A stretch of DNA of 64,000 nucleotides from Mobula hypostoma (Eukaryota). The stretch's first letter is position 1; each line of letters begins with the position of its first letter. Under the pieces are notes generated by a model. The model was not told the origin of the DNA. It was given only the letters and a program-made list of their open reading frames with translations, and made no database searches. Position numbers and translations under genes: made by a program. This document shows, in pieces, positions 37,236-52,146 of the stretch. The stretch lies in contig NC_086097.1 of assembly GCF_963921235.1 (NCBI RefSeq), forward strand, positions 201,378,001 to 201,442,000, written 5' to 3'.

Positions 37236-40200
37236 AACATAGAAACACAGAAAACCTACAGCACAATATAGGCCTTTCAGCCCACAAAGTTGTGCCAAAC
37301 ATGTCCCTACCTTAGAAATTACTAGATTTCCCCATAGCTCTCTATTTTTCTAACCTCCATGTACCTATCCAAAAGTCTCTTAAAAGACCCTATCGTATCT
37401 GCCTCCACCACCATTGCCGGCAGCCCATTCCATGCACTCACCACTCTCTGAGTTAAAAACGTACCCCTGACATCTCCTCTCTACCTACTCCCCAGCACCT
37501 TAAACCTGTGTCCTCTTGTGGCAACAACTTCAGCCCTGGGGGAAAAGCCTCTGACTATCCACATGATCAATGCCTCATTCCATCCTTCTCCCTTTCTCTC
37601 CTTTCATCCTTAAGCCATGACCTCTGGTTGTAGTGCCACCCAACCACAGTGGAAAAAGCATTCTTGCATTTACCCCATCTATACCCCGCATAATTTTGTA
37701 TAGTGGTATCAAATCTCCTCCCAATCTTGTAAGTTGTAAAGAATACAGTCCTACCTGGTCAATCTTTCCTTACAATTCAGGTCCTCCAGACCTGGCAATA
37801 TCCTTGTAAATTTTTTCTGTACTCTTTTAACCTTGTTTACATCTTTCCTGTAGGTAGGTGACCAAAACTGCACACAATACTCCAAATTAGGGAGTATTGT
37901 CTTATACAACTTCAACATAACATCCCATCTCCTGTACTCAGTACTTTGATTTATGAAGGCCAACGTACCAAAAGGTTTCTTTATGATCCTATCTACCTGT
38001 GATGTCCCATTCAGTGAATTATGTAACCTCATTCTCAGATCACTTTGTTCTACTACACTCCTCAATGCCCTACCATTCACAGCTTTACTGAAGTGCAAAA
38101 GTTCACACTTGCCTGCATTAAATTCCATCTGCTATTTTGCATCTGATGCAGATCCCTCTGCAAGTCACAATAGCCTTCCTCACTGTCCACTACACCCCCA
38201 ATCTTGGTGTCATCTGAAAATTTACTGATCCAGTTAACCACATTATCATCCAGATAACTCATATACAATCAATGACAAACAACAAAGGATCCAGCACCAA
38301 TCCTTGAGCACACCAGTCAGAGACCTCCAGTCAGAGAGGCAACCCTCTACAACCACTCTCTGACTTTTGCCACAATGCCAATGTTTAATCCAATTTACTA
38401 CCTCATCCTGAATGCTGAGTGACTGAACCTTCTCAACCAGCCTCCGACGTGAGACCTTATAAAATGCCTTACTAAAGTCCATATGGACAACATCCTCTGC
38501 CTTACCTTCATCTACTTTCCTGGTAACTTACTAGAAAGACTCTTAAAGATTGGTTAGACATGACCTACCACACACAAAGCCATTCAGACTATCGTTAATC
38601 AGTCCAAGTCGATCCAAATACTTAGATATCTTGCCACTTAGAATACCTTCCAATAACTTTCCCCACAACTGATGTCAGACTCACCTGCCTATAATTTCCT
38701 GGTTTCTGTTTAGAGCCTTTTTTAAAAGAGTGGAACAGCATTGGTTATCTTCCAATCCTCTGGTATCTCTCCCATTGCTAAGGATGTTTTAAGTTTCTCT
38801 GCTAGTTTCCCCGACAATTTCTGCACTTGCCTCCCGTAAGGTCCAAGAGAACACCTTGTCAGGCCCTGGAGATTTATCCACCCAGATTTACCTCAGGGTA
38901 GCAAACACCTCCTCCTGTAATCTTTACAGGGTCCATGAAGTTTATGCCACTTTGCCTCACTTATATAGACTCTGTATTCGTCTGCTGAGTAAATACAGAT
39001 GCAAAGAATGCATTGAAGAATTTCACTCATCTGTTTTGGCTCCACACACATTATCATTCTGGTCTTCCTGAGGACCAATTTTGTGCCTAGCAAAGTTGTT
39101 GCTCATAACATATCTGTCCCAATCCACAATAGCCAAATCATTTCTGATACCATCAAAATTGCCCTTTCTCCAATTTAGAATCTCAACCCACAGACCAGAC
39201 TCATCTCTTTGCCTATTTACTTTGAAACTAATGGCATTGTGGTCACTGGATGCAAAGTGTTCCCCAACACAAACTTCTGTTACCTGCCTGTCTCATTTCC
39301 TAATAGCAGATCTGGTACTGCATGCTCTCTTATTGGGACTTCCATGTACTGAAGAAGGAAACTTGTCTGAACACATCTGACAAACTCCATTCCATCTAGT
39401 CCTTTTACAGTATGGGATTCCCAGTCAATATGTGTAAAGTTAAAATCACCTACTAAAACAACCTTATGTTTCTTGCAACAATCTGCGATCTCTTTACAAA
39501 GTTGTTCCTCTAAATCCCTAGGACTGTTGGATGGTCTGTAACATAGCCCCATTAACATGGTCATAACTTTCTTATTTCTCACTTCCATCCATAATGCTTC
39601 ACTGGTTGAAACATAGAAACATAGAAAATAGGTGCAGGAGTAGGCCATTCGGCCCTTCGAGCCTGCACCGCCATTCAATATGATCATGGCTGATCATCCA
39701 ACTCAGAACCCTGTACCTGCCTTCTCTCCATACCCCCCGATCCATATAGCCACAAGGGCCACATCTAACTCCCTATTAAATATAGCCAAGGAACTGGCCT
39801 CAACTGTTTCCTGTGGCAGAGAGTTCCACAGATTCACCACTCTCTGTGTGAAGAAGTTTTTCCTCATCTCCATCCTAAAAGGCTTCCCCTTTACCCTCAA
39901 ACTGTGACCCCTCATTCTGGATTTCCCCAATATCGGGAATAATCCTCCTGCATCTAGCCTATCCAATCCCCTTAGGATTTTATACGTTTCAATAAGATCC
40001 CCCCTCAATCTTCTAAATTCTAACGAGTATAAGCCTAGCCGATCCAGTCTTTCATCATATGAAAGTCCTGCCATCCCAGGAATCAATCTGGTGAACCTTC
40101 TTTGTACTCCCTCTATGGTAAGAATGTCTTTCCTCAGATTAGGGGACCAAAACTGCACACAATATTCCAGGTGTGGTCTCATCAAGGCCTTGTACAACTG

Positions 40201-42480
40201 TAGTAGTACCTCCCTGCTCCTGTATTCGAATCCTCTTGCTATGAATACCAGCATACCATTCACCTTTTTCACCGCCTGCTGTACCTGCATGCCCACTTTC
40301 AATGACTGGTGTATAATGACACCCAGGTCTCGTTGCACCTCCCCTTTTCCTAATCGGCCACCATTCAGATAATAATCTGTTTTCTTGTTTTTGCCACCAA
40401 AGTGGATAACCTCACATTTATCCACATTAAATTGCATCTGCCATGAATTTGCCCACTCACCTGACCTATCCAAGTCACTCTGCATCCTCCTCATAGCTAA
40501 CACTGCCGCCCAGCTTTGTGTCATCCGCAAACTTGGAGATGCTGCATTTAATTCCCTCGTTTAAGTCATTAATATACATTGTAAACAACTGGGGTCCCAG
40601 CACTGAGCCTTGCGGTACCCCACTCGTCACTACCTGCCATTCTGTAAAGGTCCCATTTATTCCCACTCTTTGCTTCCTGTCTGCCAACCAATTCTCTATC
40701 CACATCAATACCATACCCCCAATACTGTGCGCTTTAAGTTTGCACACTAATCTCCTTTGTGGGACCTTGTCAAAAGCCTTTTGAAAATCCCAATATACCA
40801 CATCTGCTGGTTCTCCCCTATCCACTCGACTAGTTACCTCCTCAAAAAACTCTATGAGATTCGTCAGACATGATTTTTCTTTCACAAATCCAAGCTGACT
40901 TTGTCCGATGATTTCACCGCCTTCCAAATGTGCTGTTATCACGTCTTTGATAACTGACTCTAGCATTTTCCCCACCACCGATGTTAGGCTAACCGGTCTA
41001 TAATTCCCTGGTTTCTCTCTCCCTCCTTTTTTAAAAAGCGGGGCTACATTAGCCACCCTCCAATCCTCAGGAACTAGTCCAGAATCTAAAGAGTTTTGAA
41101 AAATTATCACTAATGCGTCCACTATTTCTTGGGCTACTTCCTTAAGCACTCTGGGATGCAGACCATCTGGCCCTGGGGATTTATCTGCCTTTAATCCCTT
41201 CAATTTACCTAATACCATCCCCTACTAACATGTATTTCTCTCAGTTCCTCCACCTCACTAGACCCTCTGTCACCTACTATTTCCGGAAGATTATTTATGT
41301 CCTCCTTAGTGAAGACTCCAGTTGAGTTCTCCAGTCTGTCCTGATAGAATACTGTCATGACATTTTCCCTGACCAGTAATGCCACCCTCCTCCTTTAATC
41401 CCTCCTGCTCTGTTGGGTCTAAAACAACAGAACCCTGGAAAAATGAGCTGCCTGTCCTGCGCCTCCTGCAACTAAGTCACACTAATGGCAACAACGTCAT
41501 AGTTCTAGGTGTTTATCTGTGCTCTGGGCTCATCCGCCTGTCCTACAATACTTCTTTCACTAGAATAGACGCAACATAAGACACTAGTCGCACCATGCTC
41601 AACTTTTTGATTCCTGACTTTGTCTGAGGTCTTACCAACATCTGCCTCCACAACTCTCCAGTAACTGTTCTGGCAATTTGGTTCCTATCCCCTTGCATCT
41701 CTAGTTTAAACTCCACCATGCAGCATTAACAAACTTTCCTGCTAGGATATTAGACTTGCTCCAGTTCAGGTGCAAACCGTTCCTTCTGCACATGTCCCAC
41801 CTTCCCTGGAAGAGAGCCCAATGATCCAAACATCCCTCCCTCCTACACTAACTTCATAGCCACGAATTAAACTGTTATCTTCTTTGTAGTTCTGGCCTCA
41901 CTAGCACATGCCATGGATAGCAAATCTGAGATCACAAACCTGTAGGTCCTGCCCTTTAACTTTGCACCTAACTCCTTGAACTTCCTTTGCGGAAGCTCGT
42001 AACTCATCCTACCCATGTCATTGGTACCTACACGGACTATGATTTCTGGCTGTTCACCCTCACACTGGAGGATACAGAGGACTCGATCCGAGATGTCTCA
42101 GGCACTGGCACCCAGCAGGCAACGTACCAGCCAGGAATCTTGTTCTCACCCACAGAGCCTCCTGTCCATTTCCCTAACTAACGAATCCCCTATCACCACA
42201 GCATGCCTCTTTCCCCACTTCCCTTCTGAGTCACAGAGGCAGACTCAGTACCAGAGACCTGACCACTGTGACTTTCCTCTTGTTAGATCAACCATCCCCC
42301 CAACCCAAACAGTACATAAAATGATATACCTTTTGTTGAGGGTGATGGCCAGGGGCATATTCTTCACTGGATCCTTAACCCCTTTCCTTTCCTACTGTTT
42401 CCCAGTTCTTTGTGTCCTGCACCTTGGGTATAGCTACCTCTTTATATATCCTATTTATCACCCCGTAAGCCTCCAGAAGA
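37236..42480 (-). mobile_element. Near full-length older CR1 (ORF1 to 3' end) with nested CR1 copies
   Basis: Minus-strand MDFSKAF, KFSDDTK, LWMEVRNKK and VLVGDFN. ORF1 esterase remnant at about 41800-42300. Confidence 0.8.
39609..41316 (-). mobile_element. Young CR1, RT nearly intact (ORFs 40475-41218 and 39703-40530, one frameshift)
   Basis: KSPGPDGLHPRVLKE, NYRPVSLTSVVGK, DFQKAFDKVP, GVPQGSVLGP, KFADDTKLGG and a (TTTCTATG)n tail. Confidence 0.92.
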
Positions 42481-43066
42481 ATAGAAATCCTGCAGTTCTA
42501 TTTTCCCTGTTAAGTGAAATCCTCTTAGCTTCTACCATATTGAAGCCCTTCAAAACCACTTATTCCTCTGAACTCCAGAGTGTAAAGATGAATCACTCAA
42601 CCTTTCCTTTTAAGACAATTTCTTCAGCTCGAGTGATTCTATTTGAATTGCCTCCAAATTAAGTACATTCCTCCTATAAGATCAAAACTCTTCTCTGAGC
42701 ACAAGGGATGATCACACCAAACACATCTTTCAATGCAGCAAGACTGCCCTGCTTCAGCACTTGATCTATCTAAAATGAAAGGCCAATTTTCCATTTAGCC
42801 TCCTCAATACTTTTTATATGCCTGCTATCTTTCTGTTTTAGGGATTCTTCTTTAAAGCATTCTGAAGTCTCTTCCAATTTAAATAATATTTTGTTCTATT
42901 ATTTTTCCTCACATTAAGACATTCACATTCACTTAACTGTCAATATATCTTTACAGCCTGTGTCCTCTGATAATTTGCTTTCCCAGATGTGACCTTATCA
43001 AAGAAATAAGTTGCATGACATTACAAATATAATCTACGTTCAGTTATCTGTTTCTCCAAATCATAC

Positions 43067-43206
43067 CTGTCTGAACCAAACTTCAGTCTTTTCTTCCAAA
43101 TCGTGGATCTGGCGAATCACTTTACAAACAAATGGTAATGAAGTTTTGAGCCAGTCACAGTTATGACGTTTAAAGGACCGGAGTTGCCATGGATCTTCAT
43201 TATTCT
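43067..43206 (-). CDS. CCDC178: CCDC178 coding exon: (E)NNEDPWQLRSFKRHNCDWLKTSLPFVCKVIRQIHDLEEKTEVWFRQ
   Basis: Open frame, acceptor ctcacatcaag|, donor CAG|gtatga. Resembles the recalled human segment RRHSCAVVNIPAPCVNKMISHIQDVESKIQEHLKR. Confidence 0.85.
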
Positions 43207-43419
43207 CTTGATGTGAGAAAAACAATCAAAGCTAATGATCATAATGAAAGCTTTTTTTCCTCAACTCTCCAAATTAATGAGCATTACTTGATGTGTTGAC
43301 CCAAACTTTAACCCTATCAGCTATACTGTATGTTTGCCTTTTACCTCCTATTTATCAAAACAGGTGTTAGTAGGAACGAAAGAATTACAATAAATAGTGG
43401 ACAGAGTGGGTTCTTCTTC

Positions 43420-44412
43420 TGTAAAAGACACACTGAAGCAGTGATTTAGTGCCCATGCGCTGGTCGTGCATGCAGCCTGTTACAGCCGTTCCGATCAGTA
43501 TTCTTATCTTTTTTCTTTTTCGTTATTTTTTGTTTTTTTTCTCACGGTAACACATCGAAGCTGCACCCTCTCAACATGCTGGTAGAGAGAGTTTTATTTG
43601 GGTTTTTAGCGCTGGAAATAGTTACATTCTGACATGTCTCATTAGCGGGACAGAAGCATGGTCGCATTGTTTATTCCAGGGACCAGCTGCTTGCGCTTAT
43701 GCCGGCTGGTTTAGCGAGCAGACCGGCGGACACCCCTGCTGAAATCTGGAGGAAAACACACAGAGGATGCAGAGGGGATCACAAAGTTGAGGAAAGAGGA
43801 CCGAGTTGAGACAACAGAGACTTATGGAGAAGAGGAGTTCAGTGGGTAATAAAATGGACGAATTCACGGCGCTAGCCAGGCATCAGAGAACATTTCGGGA
43901 GTGCAGTTATATGTGTTTCACTGGAACCGGGCTACACGAAGACATACCCGATCAAAACTTTTCCATGGACGGCTTCCAGACCGTTCGGACTGACCAGAAG
44001 TGCACTGAGAGCGGTAAGCGTAAAAGAGTTGGGTACTTACTGTTCTGGTTAACAACAGATGGTGCAATCCGGGTCATATTACGATCAAGGAACGTGTTTG
44101 TAAACTGGATATTGAACTTTTTACTGTTGGACTTCGGCCATATTCCACCGAGATACAACACTGGGCGGCACAGGAGGTCATTCCTGCCTGTAGCCATCGA
44201 ACTTGCAGCTCCTCCCGTGGAGGGTCAGACACCCTGAGCCAATAGACTGGTCCTGGATTTATTTTCCATCTGGCATAGTATGCAATTTATTGTTTGATTG
44301 TTTGTGGTTTTTGTATTGCTATATTTATGCTCGATTCTTGGTTGGTGCTGCTGTAACGAAACCCAATTTCCCTCGGAATCAATAAAGTATATCTATCTAT
44401 ATCTATCTATCT
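43420..44412 (+). mobile_element. Rex1-Babar-type element, internally deleted
   Basis: NKMDEFTAL..FRECSYMCFT endonuclease start joined to a 3' end with AATAAAG(TATC)n tail. Confidence 0.7.
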
Positions 44413-47169
44413 ATTAATTAAGATGCTGTAAAAAGATTAAAGGTTTTCTTAGGCACAAAGAAAATCCTGATGAAGGATCTCAGCCTGATACGTCAAATGT
44501 TGACTCTTTTCCATAGATACTGCCTGGCCTGCTGAGTTCCTCTAGTATTTTCTGTGTATGACAAAGAAAATACTTCTATTTCTGAAGAAGACCAAAGCTA
44601 AAAACATTGATTTAATATAGGCAAATGGGAAAATTAAGCAGCAAACTCAAGAAGAATTTCTTTACCTTGAGAAATATGAAAATATGGAACAAGTCTCATC
44701 GCAGAGTCATATTTAAGGGGAAGCTATATGACCAGATGGAGGAACAGGGAAAGAGATTTGTACTGGAAGTTCCATAAGAAAAGATAGGCAGGAGGTGAAC
44801 AGTACATTATGAACTCTTTTTGATCAAATGGACTGTCTGTACTGCAAGTGGTATTGTACGATATAACTAGACCTCTTCATGAAAAATTACTAGTGAATAT
44901 GAAGGGTTTCGTACACCTTATATGCTTTTGATGTTTTGACATGCTTTTGATGTTTTGACAACCATCTCTTCCTTTCGTCCACTTAAGGCTTGCAACATGC
45001 ACTCAGCTGTTGAGACGAACATGTACAGGTCAAGGGAGGGTGGTGGGTTCATGCTGGGATAGAAGAGGACCAACCAATTCAGTTATTCAGTATAACACTC
45101 TAAATATTTAATATAATTTAGACAGCACTGTGTGACTCAGTATCATATAAATAACAAGCCTTATAAAATGTATATGGATTCAAATTAAAATTAAAACAAA
45201 AATATTGATCAGGTATTCAGAAAAATCTTTGAAAGTAATAGTAGGTCACCAATAAAATGCAGAAGTAATTTACAAATATGGTCACAGGTTTAATTGAATC
45301 AACATTTTAGAATATTCTACAGTCGTATTCTCTTCCTTTTTTTCTGCAGTATTCTCAGTGCTTTACCTCTTCCTTTATGACTGCAACTAAGGAAATTATG
45401 GTCAACTTAGCTGAAGGTCAGACATGACTCTTTAGCCATTGGATCAGACCAAGGATGACTAGACAGAGATAGCAAACAAAATCTGCTCAATGCTTAGCTC
45501 CTCACACCAGTACAAAATAGTGGTGCATACAAGAACAACATACTGCTATACACAATGTAATCTTGTACATGTGACAAGGTGAAGTAGAATTCGTGATTTC
45601 CTTGTTGTCCCATGGTCATTTCCAGTAAATTAAGTATTAACAATCTTGCCTTATAGTGAGTTGCTTTCACTTTTAAGGGAGATAAGGAAACGTTGAAGAG
45701 TATAACAGCAAGGATATTACAAGGGTATCACGTCAAGTCTCGTCAAAGTGTTGGGGACCCCAGTGACCAAGGACCAGGAGATTGCGATAAAATGCATGCA
45801 ACCTTGAGCTTAATTTATTAGTGAAGAGTCAAATAAATTCACTTGAGTCTTCTTTTTGTTTAAAACTAAATAAAGTTTATTAGTTAAGAATTCAAAAAAG
45901 CCACTTAAATTGCTGATTTCTTTGATCTTTTAGTTTGGGATTAAATAAAGTCACTCAACCAGACTACTTGTGTAGAAGCATCTTTCATTGCTGACTCAGG
46001 TGGAATCAAAAGAAACCTGAGCTTTGTTCTCAGAACACAAGATCCTTATTGAAAACTTCTCCTCCCTGGACTACTCGGTAGATGCTGTACAGTACAGAAC
46101 AAAACAGGTGTCTAAAATTATGTAATTTTTACAACATGGTAATAATACATGTCTTGATTTTTCCAACAACTGAGGAGTAAGAGATGGGGGAACAAGAGAT
46201 GATGGAGCTGAAGCAAGAGAAAAAAAGTAAGTGTCTTGAAACATCCTTTCAATGAAGAGAATATTGAATAAATTAATAAAGCTCCCTGTCAGCAAACTTT
46301 AATACAGTTTGACATTGCACAAGCTCCTATGCACCAATATGATTGGAAGAGCTCTCTGTTGGTCGGTGTCAACCATGGATGTTGTGTCCCAGCTGCCTAT
46401 ATCAATATATAACCCAGGGACACCACTATGATTAATTTTTAGTGATATCATATGAACACTGCTTAAGCCTGCAATGGGAAATGTAAAATCACAAAAAGAA
46501 GATACCGGACATCAATCTTCAGAGAACTTTTAACTTCTCTAATCTATACCCCATAAACTAAGGTTCATAGAGACACGACGCAAAAACAGAAAGTTAAAAA
46601 AAAAACTCTCCATTGTCTTTTCTTGGTCATACAACTGGCAGGTTCATCCCTTTCCCTGACAACGATCCAAAGCAAAATTAGCACAGGTTTTGACCATGGG
46701 GTCAAGAGACAATCATCACAACTCTCATAAAAGGATGTCTCATATTTAAATAGAAGAGTGACTGCCCGTTACTAAATCAACAGATTTCCTTTGAAAGAAA
46801 GCACTTGGTAGCTTTTTCCAGAGTTGCTGGAGATTTTAAGCCTTCTTTCAGGATCATCACAAAGGGGCCAACATGCACCTAATATTGAGGTAAAAGGGAT
46901 CCAGCAGTGCATTTACTCTAAAGAAGTACGATCTCTGGGTGGAACAAGTCAGAGGGGTTCAGATTTGGAGAAGGACCCTAATAGTTAGTCTTACAGGTGT
47001 AGAGCATTATCAGTGGGAAATTCACAGAAAGGGTAGTGCTTAAAAAAAAAACAATGCACAAAAAAGAACTAAGTAAGTGAACTGTACACAACAGCTGGCA
47101 TGGAATTTGAGCCTCACCCTTGCAGATAAGACACTCATTTCTATCCAGAACCCAGGATACAAGAGTATG

Positions 47170-48010
47170 CACTCAGTAGCCGATTTATTAGGTACACCTC
47201 TTTAATACAAATATCTAATCAGCCAATCATGTGGCAGCAAATCAATGCGTAAAAGTTTGTAGACATGGTCAAGAGGTTCAGTTCTTATTCAGATAAAACA
47301 TCAGAAAGGGGAGGAAATGTGACCTAAGGATCTTAGTTTGTGGAATGATTGTTGGTGCCAGACAGGTGGTTTCAGTATCTTAAAAACTGCTGATCTCCTG
47401 GGATTTTCACACAACAGTCTTTGTATCGCAGCTGAACAGTTCCTTAGTTAGAGCCTTCAGCATCTTGGGCATCGAGGGAGAGAGGAAGAGGAGAGCCATC
47501 CGCAGTACCACCGATGTGGCAGAGAGGGCCTCAAGATGGCTGTGGCTCAAAAGAGGGGAGCCATGGAGTCATAAGTAGCTAGCCACCTGGACACAAGCTG
47601 GGGTCTGGTCAGCCCCGGCTGGGTCACCTGGAGGAGGTTATATGACGTTGAAAGACCCGAAACACCGGATGATTCCAGGAACATCACTGAAGAAGTGTCC
47701 AGAAGCATCAATAGATGTATGTACACAGTAGAGTTTACAGAAAATGGTGCAAAAACCAAAAAAAAGTCCAGTGAGTGGCAGTTTTGTGGTTGATGAGAGA
47801 TCAGATGAGACGGCTCGACTGGTTCAAGCAGAGAGCAAGTGACAGTAGCTCAAATAATCACACATTACAACAGTGGTGTGTAGAACAGCATCTCTGTATG
47901 CGCAATATGTCGAATCTTCAAGTGGATGAGCTACAGCAGAAGAAGACCATGAACATACACTAAGTGTCCACTTTATTAGGTAGAGGAGGTACCTAACAAA
48001 TTGGCCAGAG
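47170..48010 (+). mobile_element. Degenerate Tc1-like non-autonomous element with a nested LINE fragment
   Basis: CACTCAGTAGCCGATTTATTAGGTAC-like termini at about 47170 and 47958-48008. Confidence 0.55.
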
Positions 48011-50336
48011 ATATCAATCAGTGTAAACAGTCTATATGCGTGGATAAATGATGCCTTTGAAAATATATTTTGGCAGAGTTATATTGGAAAAAACAGTGAA
48101 CATGATAGTTGGACGAAATTGACTTCAGTAATTTGGTTAAAGCATAGACAATGTCCAGGGCCAAACCAGTTCTTGACCCAAGCATCCTTTGTGATCCTCA
48201 GCTGAGTTAATAATTCATATAATATGCAGAAAAGAATGAGCCAACCTCTAAATTTGATTATGCCAATCCTTTCCTTTCTGGTCTTCTACCTTGTAAAATT
48301 GGTTACTTAAAATTCTGTTCTAATCTGCACAAATTCATGTACTCACTTGTCCTGAAGAGAGAGGGTGAAGAACCAGACGTGGCCAACATTGGACTTCACA
48401 GGTGGGAAGAGGAATAATGTCCTTAGAAGCAGATTTCAGGAAGCTATAAGAGGTTAAAAAAAACACGTCTCAATATAGTAATCTCAGGATTACTCCCAAT
48501 ACCACATACAGAAAGAGAAGAATGGACAAGTGAATGTGCAGCTGGGCAGATGATGCAAGGGGGTCAGATTTAGATTTCTGAATTTTGCGACAATTTCTGG
48601 AGCAGGTGGGATCTGTACTAATTAGGTTACACTTCATCAGGAGTGAACTGAGCATTATTTCACAAATCCACAAATGATATATGCTTAATCCCACGTACCC
48701 TTACTTTATGCCTGTGACTACAAATCCTCAACCCTTCCACTGATGAGAACTGCCTCATAATACCCACTCTGTACAGCTCTGTCCAACTCTCTCATCACTG
48801 GACACTGGTGCTGTTCTCCAGTATTCACGCAGTGCTGCTCTCTGGTGCTTGCTCAGTGGAAGTACAAGCTGGACCAGGCTATATTATTATATTTTTCTTC
48901 TTTGTGACTGTTTGTTTTTCTGAAATCATAAGCATGTGTGCTACTTGTGCAGTGTGCTGTTGGTAATGCATTTTGCATCTTGGCCCTGGCAGAACTCTGT
49001 TTCTTTTGGCTATATTCATGTATGGTTTAATGATAATTAAACTTGAAACTTTATAGACTACTGTCAAATTACTCCTCACCTTTCTCTACAGAAAATAGTT
49101 CCAGTCTCCCTCATTTATCCTTGTAGCAGTAGTCTCTTATCCCAGTAACTACTCTAATGGATTTTTGGACCTCTTTCTAATTTCTCCACATCTTTTCTCT
49201 AGTGCACTAACCAGAATGGAAAAACATTGCTTCAAATGAAGACAGATCATTATTTTTAAATACATTAAGCACATCCTCCACGCATTTATAGTCTGTACCT
49301 CTCTCTGTTAATAAAGACCAAAATTGTGCATGTCTTATTAACTGTTTTCTCATCTTGCCCTTCCACTTCAATGATTAGCAATATACACCTGGACCAGATC
49401 TACTCTCATCTGAAAAGATGATTCAAAAGAGTCAGCATGGTTTTGCATGCGTGTGTGAGCATGGCTTGTTTCAGTGTCGTGCAACTCTATGCAGCACACT
49501 GTAATTCTTTTGGTGAAAATACTCCCAGAATGCTGTTAGATAGGAAACTCCAGTGTTTCAATCTAACAGCGCTAAAGAAATAATTATATATTTTTGAGTT
49601 AGAATGTTGCAGAACATAGAGCGGAACATTTAAGTGATACTGTTCCAACAGTATCCCTGGATATCTTAGTGATAGAGGTTGATTGCTAGGGAGTTCATGT
49701 TGGACCAGTTTTTGGCATGTAATTGCATTGCAACCTGTTCACAGTATATACTGAAGCTACACAGCATGACAAATAAGAGCAGTAGAAGATTATTTACCTG
49801 CTCTAATCTCATATCCCTTAACTTTTTAGGTGCAATGGTGGAGAAGGGAAGAATATTTATGGTGAAGGACGAAGTGCCAATCAAATAGCCTGCTTTGACT
49901 TGGATGGTGCCATGTTTCTCTAGTACTGGTGTAACTACACTCATCACAGCAAATGGAGAATGGACCATCACATTGCTGTCTTAGGCTTTGAAAGGCAGTA
50001 GAAATAGTTTGGATTGCTGTGAAGATTCATAGCAACAGTATAAAGGGATCTCAATATTCACATAGCTGGTAATGTTGAGTTTCTGGTCTTCCCTCATGAC
50101 ACAGGCAAGGAACTCAAAATGAAAACATCATCAAATATCAGGGGTAAGCTATTAGACTAGATCTTGATGGAGATTCACCTATATGTGGAACTGTTGCTTG
50201 TCACTTATCAGCCCATGTCTTCATATTGTTTAGATCAGGATGTATGTAACCATAGATCATTTCATTTGTTGGGAATGAAATTGACCACCGTGAAATCATC
50301 AGCAACCCCCTCAGATCTGATCTTATGATGATCACT

Positions 50337-50662
50337 AATAATAATAATAAGCATCCGTTAGTCTTGTGAGACCATGGATTTGTGCGTTGGAAGGTTTCCA
50401 GGGCATAGGCCTGGGCAAGGTTGTATGGAAGACCAGCAGTTGCCCATGCTGCAAGTCTCCCCTCTCCATGCCACCGATGTTGTCCAAGGGAAGGGCACTA
50501 GGGCCGATACAGCTTGGCACCAATGCTGTCACAGAGAAATGTGTGGTTAAGTGCCTTGCTCAAGGACACAACACACTGCCTCAGCTGAGGCTCGAACTAG
50601 CGACCTTCAGATCACTAGACCAATGCCTTAACCACCCAGCCACGCGCCATAAACCATTCCAT
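50337..50662 (-). mobile_element. tRNA-derived CORE-like SINE with (TAT)n tail
   Basis: A box TGGCTGGGTGG, B box GTTCGAGCC and CORE-like tgtccttgagcaaggcacttaacc. TSD ttatgatgatcact at 50323-50336 and 50663-50676. Confidence 0.8.
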
Positions 50663-50937
50663 TTATGATGATCACTGATGGAGCAGAAAAGAGGGTTCAG
50701 CATAAGACACTGCTCTAGCGATCCCTTGGAGCTAGAATAATTCACTCAAAACAAATATTTATCATATTTCTTTCTGTAAGGCAAAACTCCAAATATTGGA
50801 GCTTTTTCCCCTTATGTCAGTCGCCATTTTTTGACTCAGAGTTCTTGAAGTCAAATGCTGGCTTGTCAACAATATAATGTTATATAAATGAAAGTTATGT
50901 TTCTTATTTTTTCAAAACATTAAAACAAGTTATCTAC

Positions 50938-50995
50938 CTTTTTGTTGAGCATGTAGTCCACTGTCAGATTGACTTAAAAATTGTATCTTTGCCAT
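50938..50995 (-). CDS. CCDC178: CCDC178 first coding exon (full exon 50938-51019): MAKIQFLSQSDSGLHAQQK
   Basis: Acceptor tttttgtatag|G at 51019, ATG at 50995, donor AAAG|gtagat ending in phase 1, compatible with the next exon. Sequence is poorly conserved, so support comes from splice sites and phase. Confidence 0.65.
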
Positions 50996-52146
50996 TCTGT
51001 TCAAATGTGAATTTGATTCCTATACAAAAACATCATGTTTTTGTGTAAAAAAAGGTCATTGTACTGAAATTAAAGATCTGATCTGTATATTAACATTTGA
51101 ACAATGAGAAGATATTGAGAAGGAAGCTATTAACCCCATTGTAAAGCAATCCAATAATCCCAATCTTCCCCAAACACTGGGAATATCATCTCTTAAAAGT
51201 ATTTGTCCAATTCTCTCAGACATTTTTATTGAATTTGCTTCCAACTAAACTACTGTGCAAAAGTCTTGGCACATAGTTATAACTAGAATGTACTATAGCA
51301 ATTTTATGTATTGCACTGCACTGCTGCTCATGCAAAAAAATAAATTTCATGACATATGTGAGTAACGATAAATCTAATTCTCTCATATAGGTCTATTGTG
51401 GACTCCGAGTGAGAAAGGGGCAGGGACATGGTTGGGAAAAGAGGACGGGAGAGGGGAGGGAGCAGGAAGCACCAGAGAGACATTCTCTAATGATCAATAA
51501 AGCAATTGTTTGTAATCAAATGACCCTGCCTGGTGTCTCAGGGCTGCATATGTCTGCACCTGCACCATCCTCCCCGCTCTGGGCACTCCTGCACTCCACC
51601 TGTATCATACCCCTCCCGCAGAGTTCCACCCTCACCATTCCCAACATTTTGCATCCACCAGATTTACAATCTCACTCGGCATTCCACATTGACAAATACA
51701 GTGCAAAAGTCCTAGGCACCCATAGTTTATATATGTGTGCCTAAGACTTTGGCACAGTACTGTATCTTTCATTCAGAATACATCAATTCATTGGGAAAAA
51801 AAAGCTCCATTTAATAACCACTAGAAAGTTTATCCTTTTGTTGCCTCCAGCAAAACCATTTATGATTTTGCGTAGTGTCATCAAAATCTGAAATTTCTTT
51901 GGTCCAGTATTATTTACAGAATTCAAAATCAGAATCAGGTTTATTATCACTGTATCATATGATCTGAAATTTGTTTTGCAGCTACAGCAAGACATAAAAT
52001 TGCTAGAAATTACAAACTAAATAAATAGTACACAAAAAATAATGGATAAAGACTGGACTCCAATTTCACTTACATATATTCCTCGATGGCTTAAGACATT
52101 GAAACTCAAAACATTATACAATATATTACAACAGGTATGCTCAGTG

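Noticed and set aside
42015..42662. 215-aa plus-strand ORF
   Set aside because: It is antisense to a CR1 ORF1 remnant and has no splice or homology support.
43183..43196. GTTGCCATGGATCT, X-box-like
   Set aside because: The second half-site is poor and it lies within a coding exon, so it is probably coincidental.
44922..44959. 19-bp tandem duplication atgcttttgatgttttgac
   Set aside because: A simple slippage duplication with no further structure.
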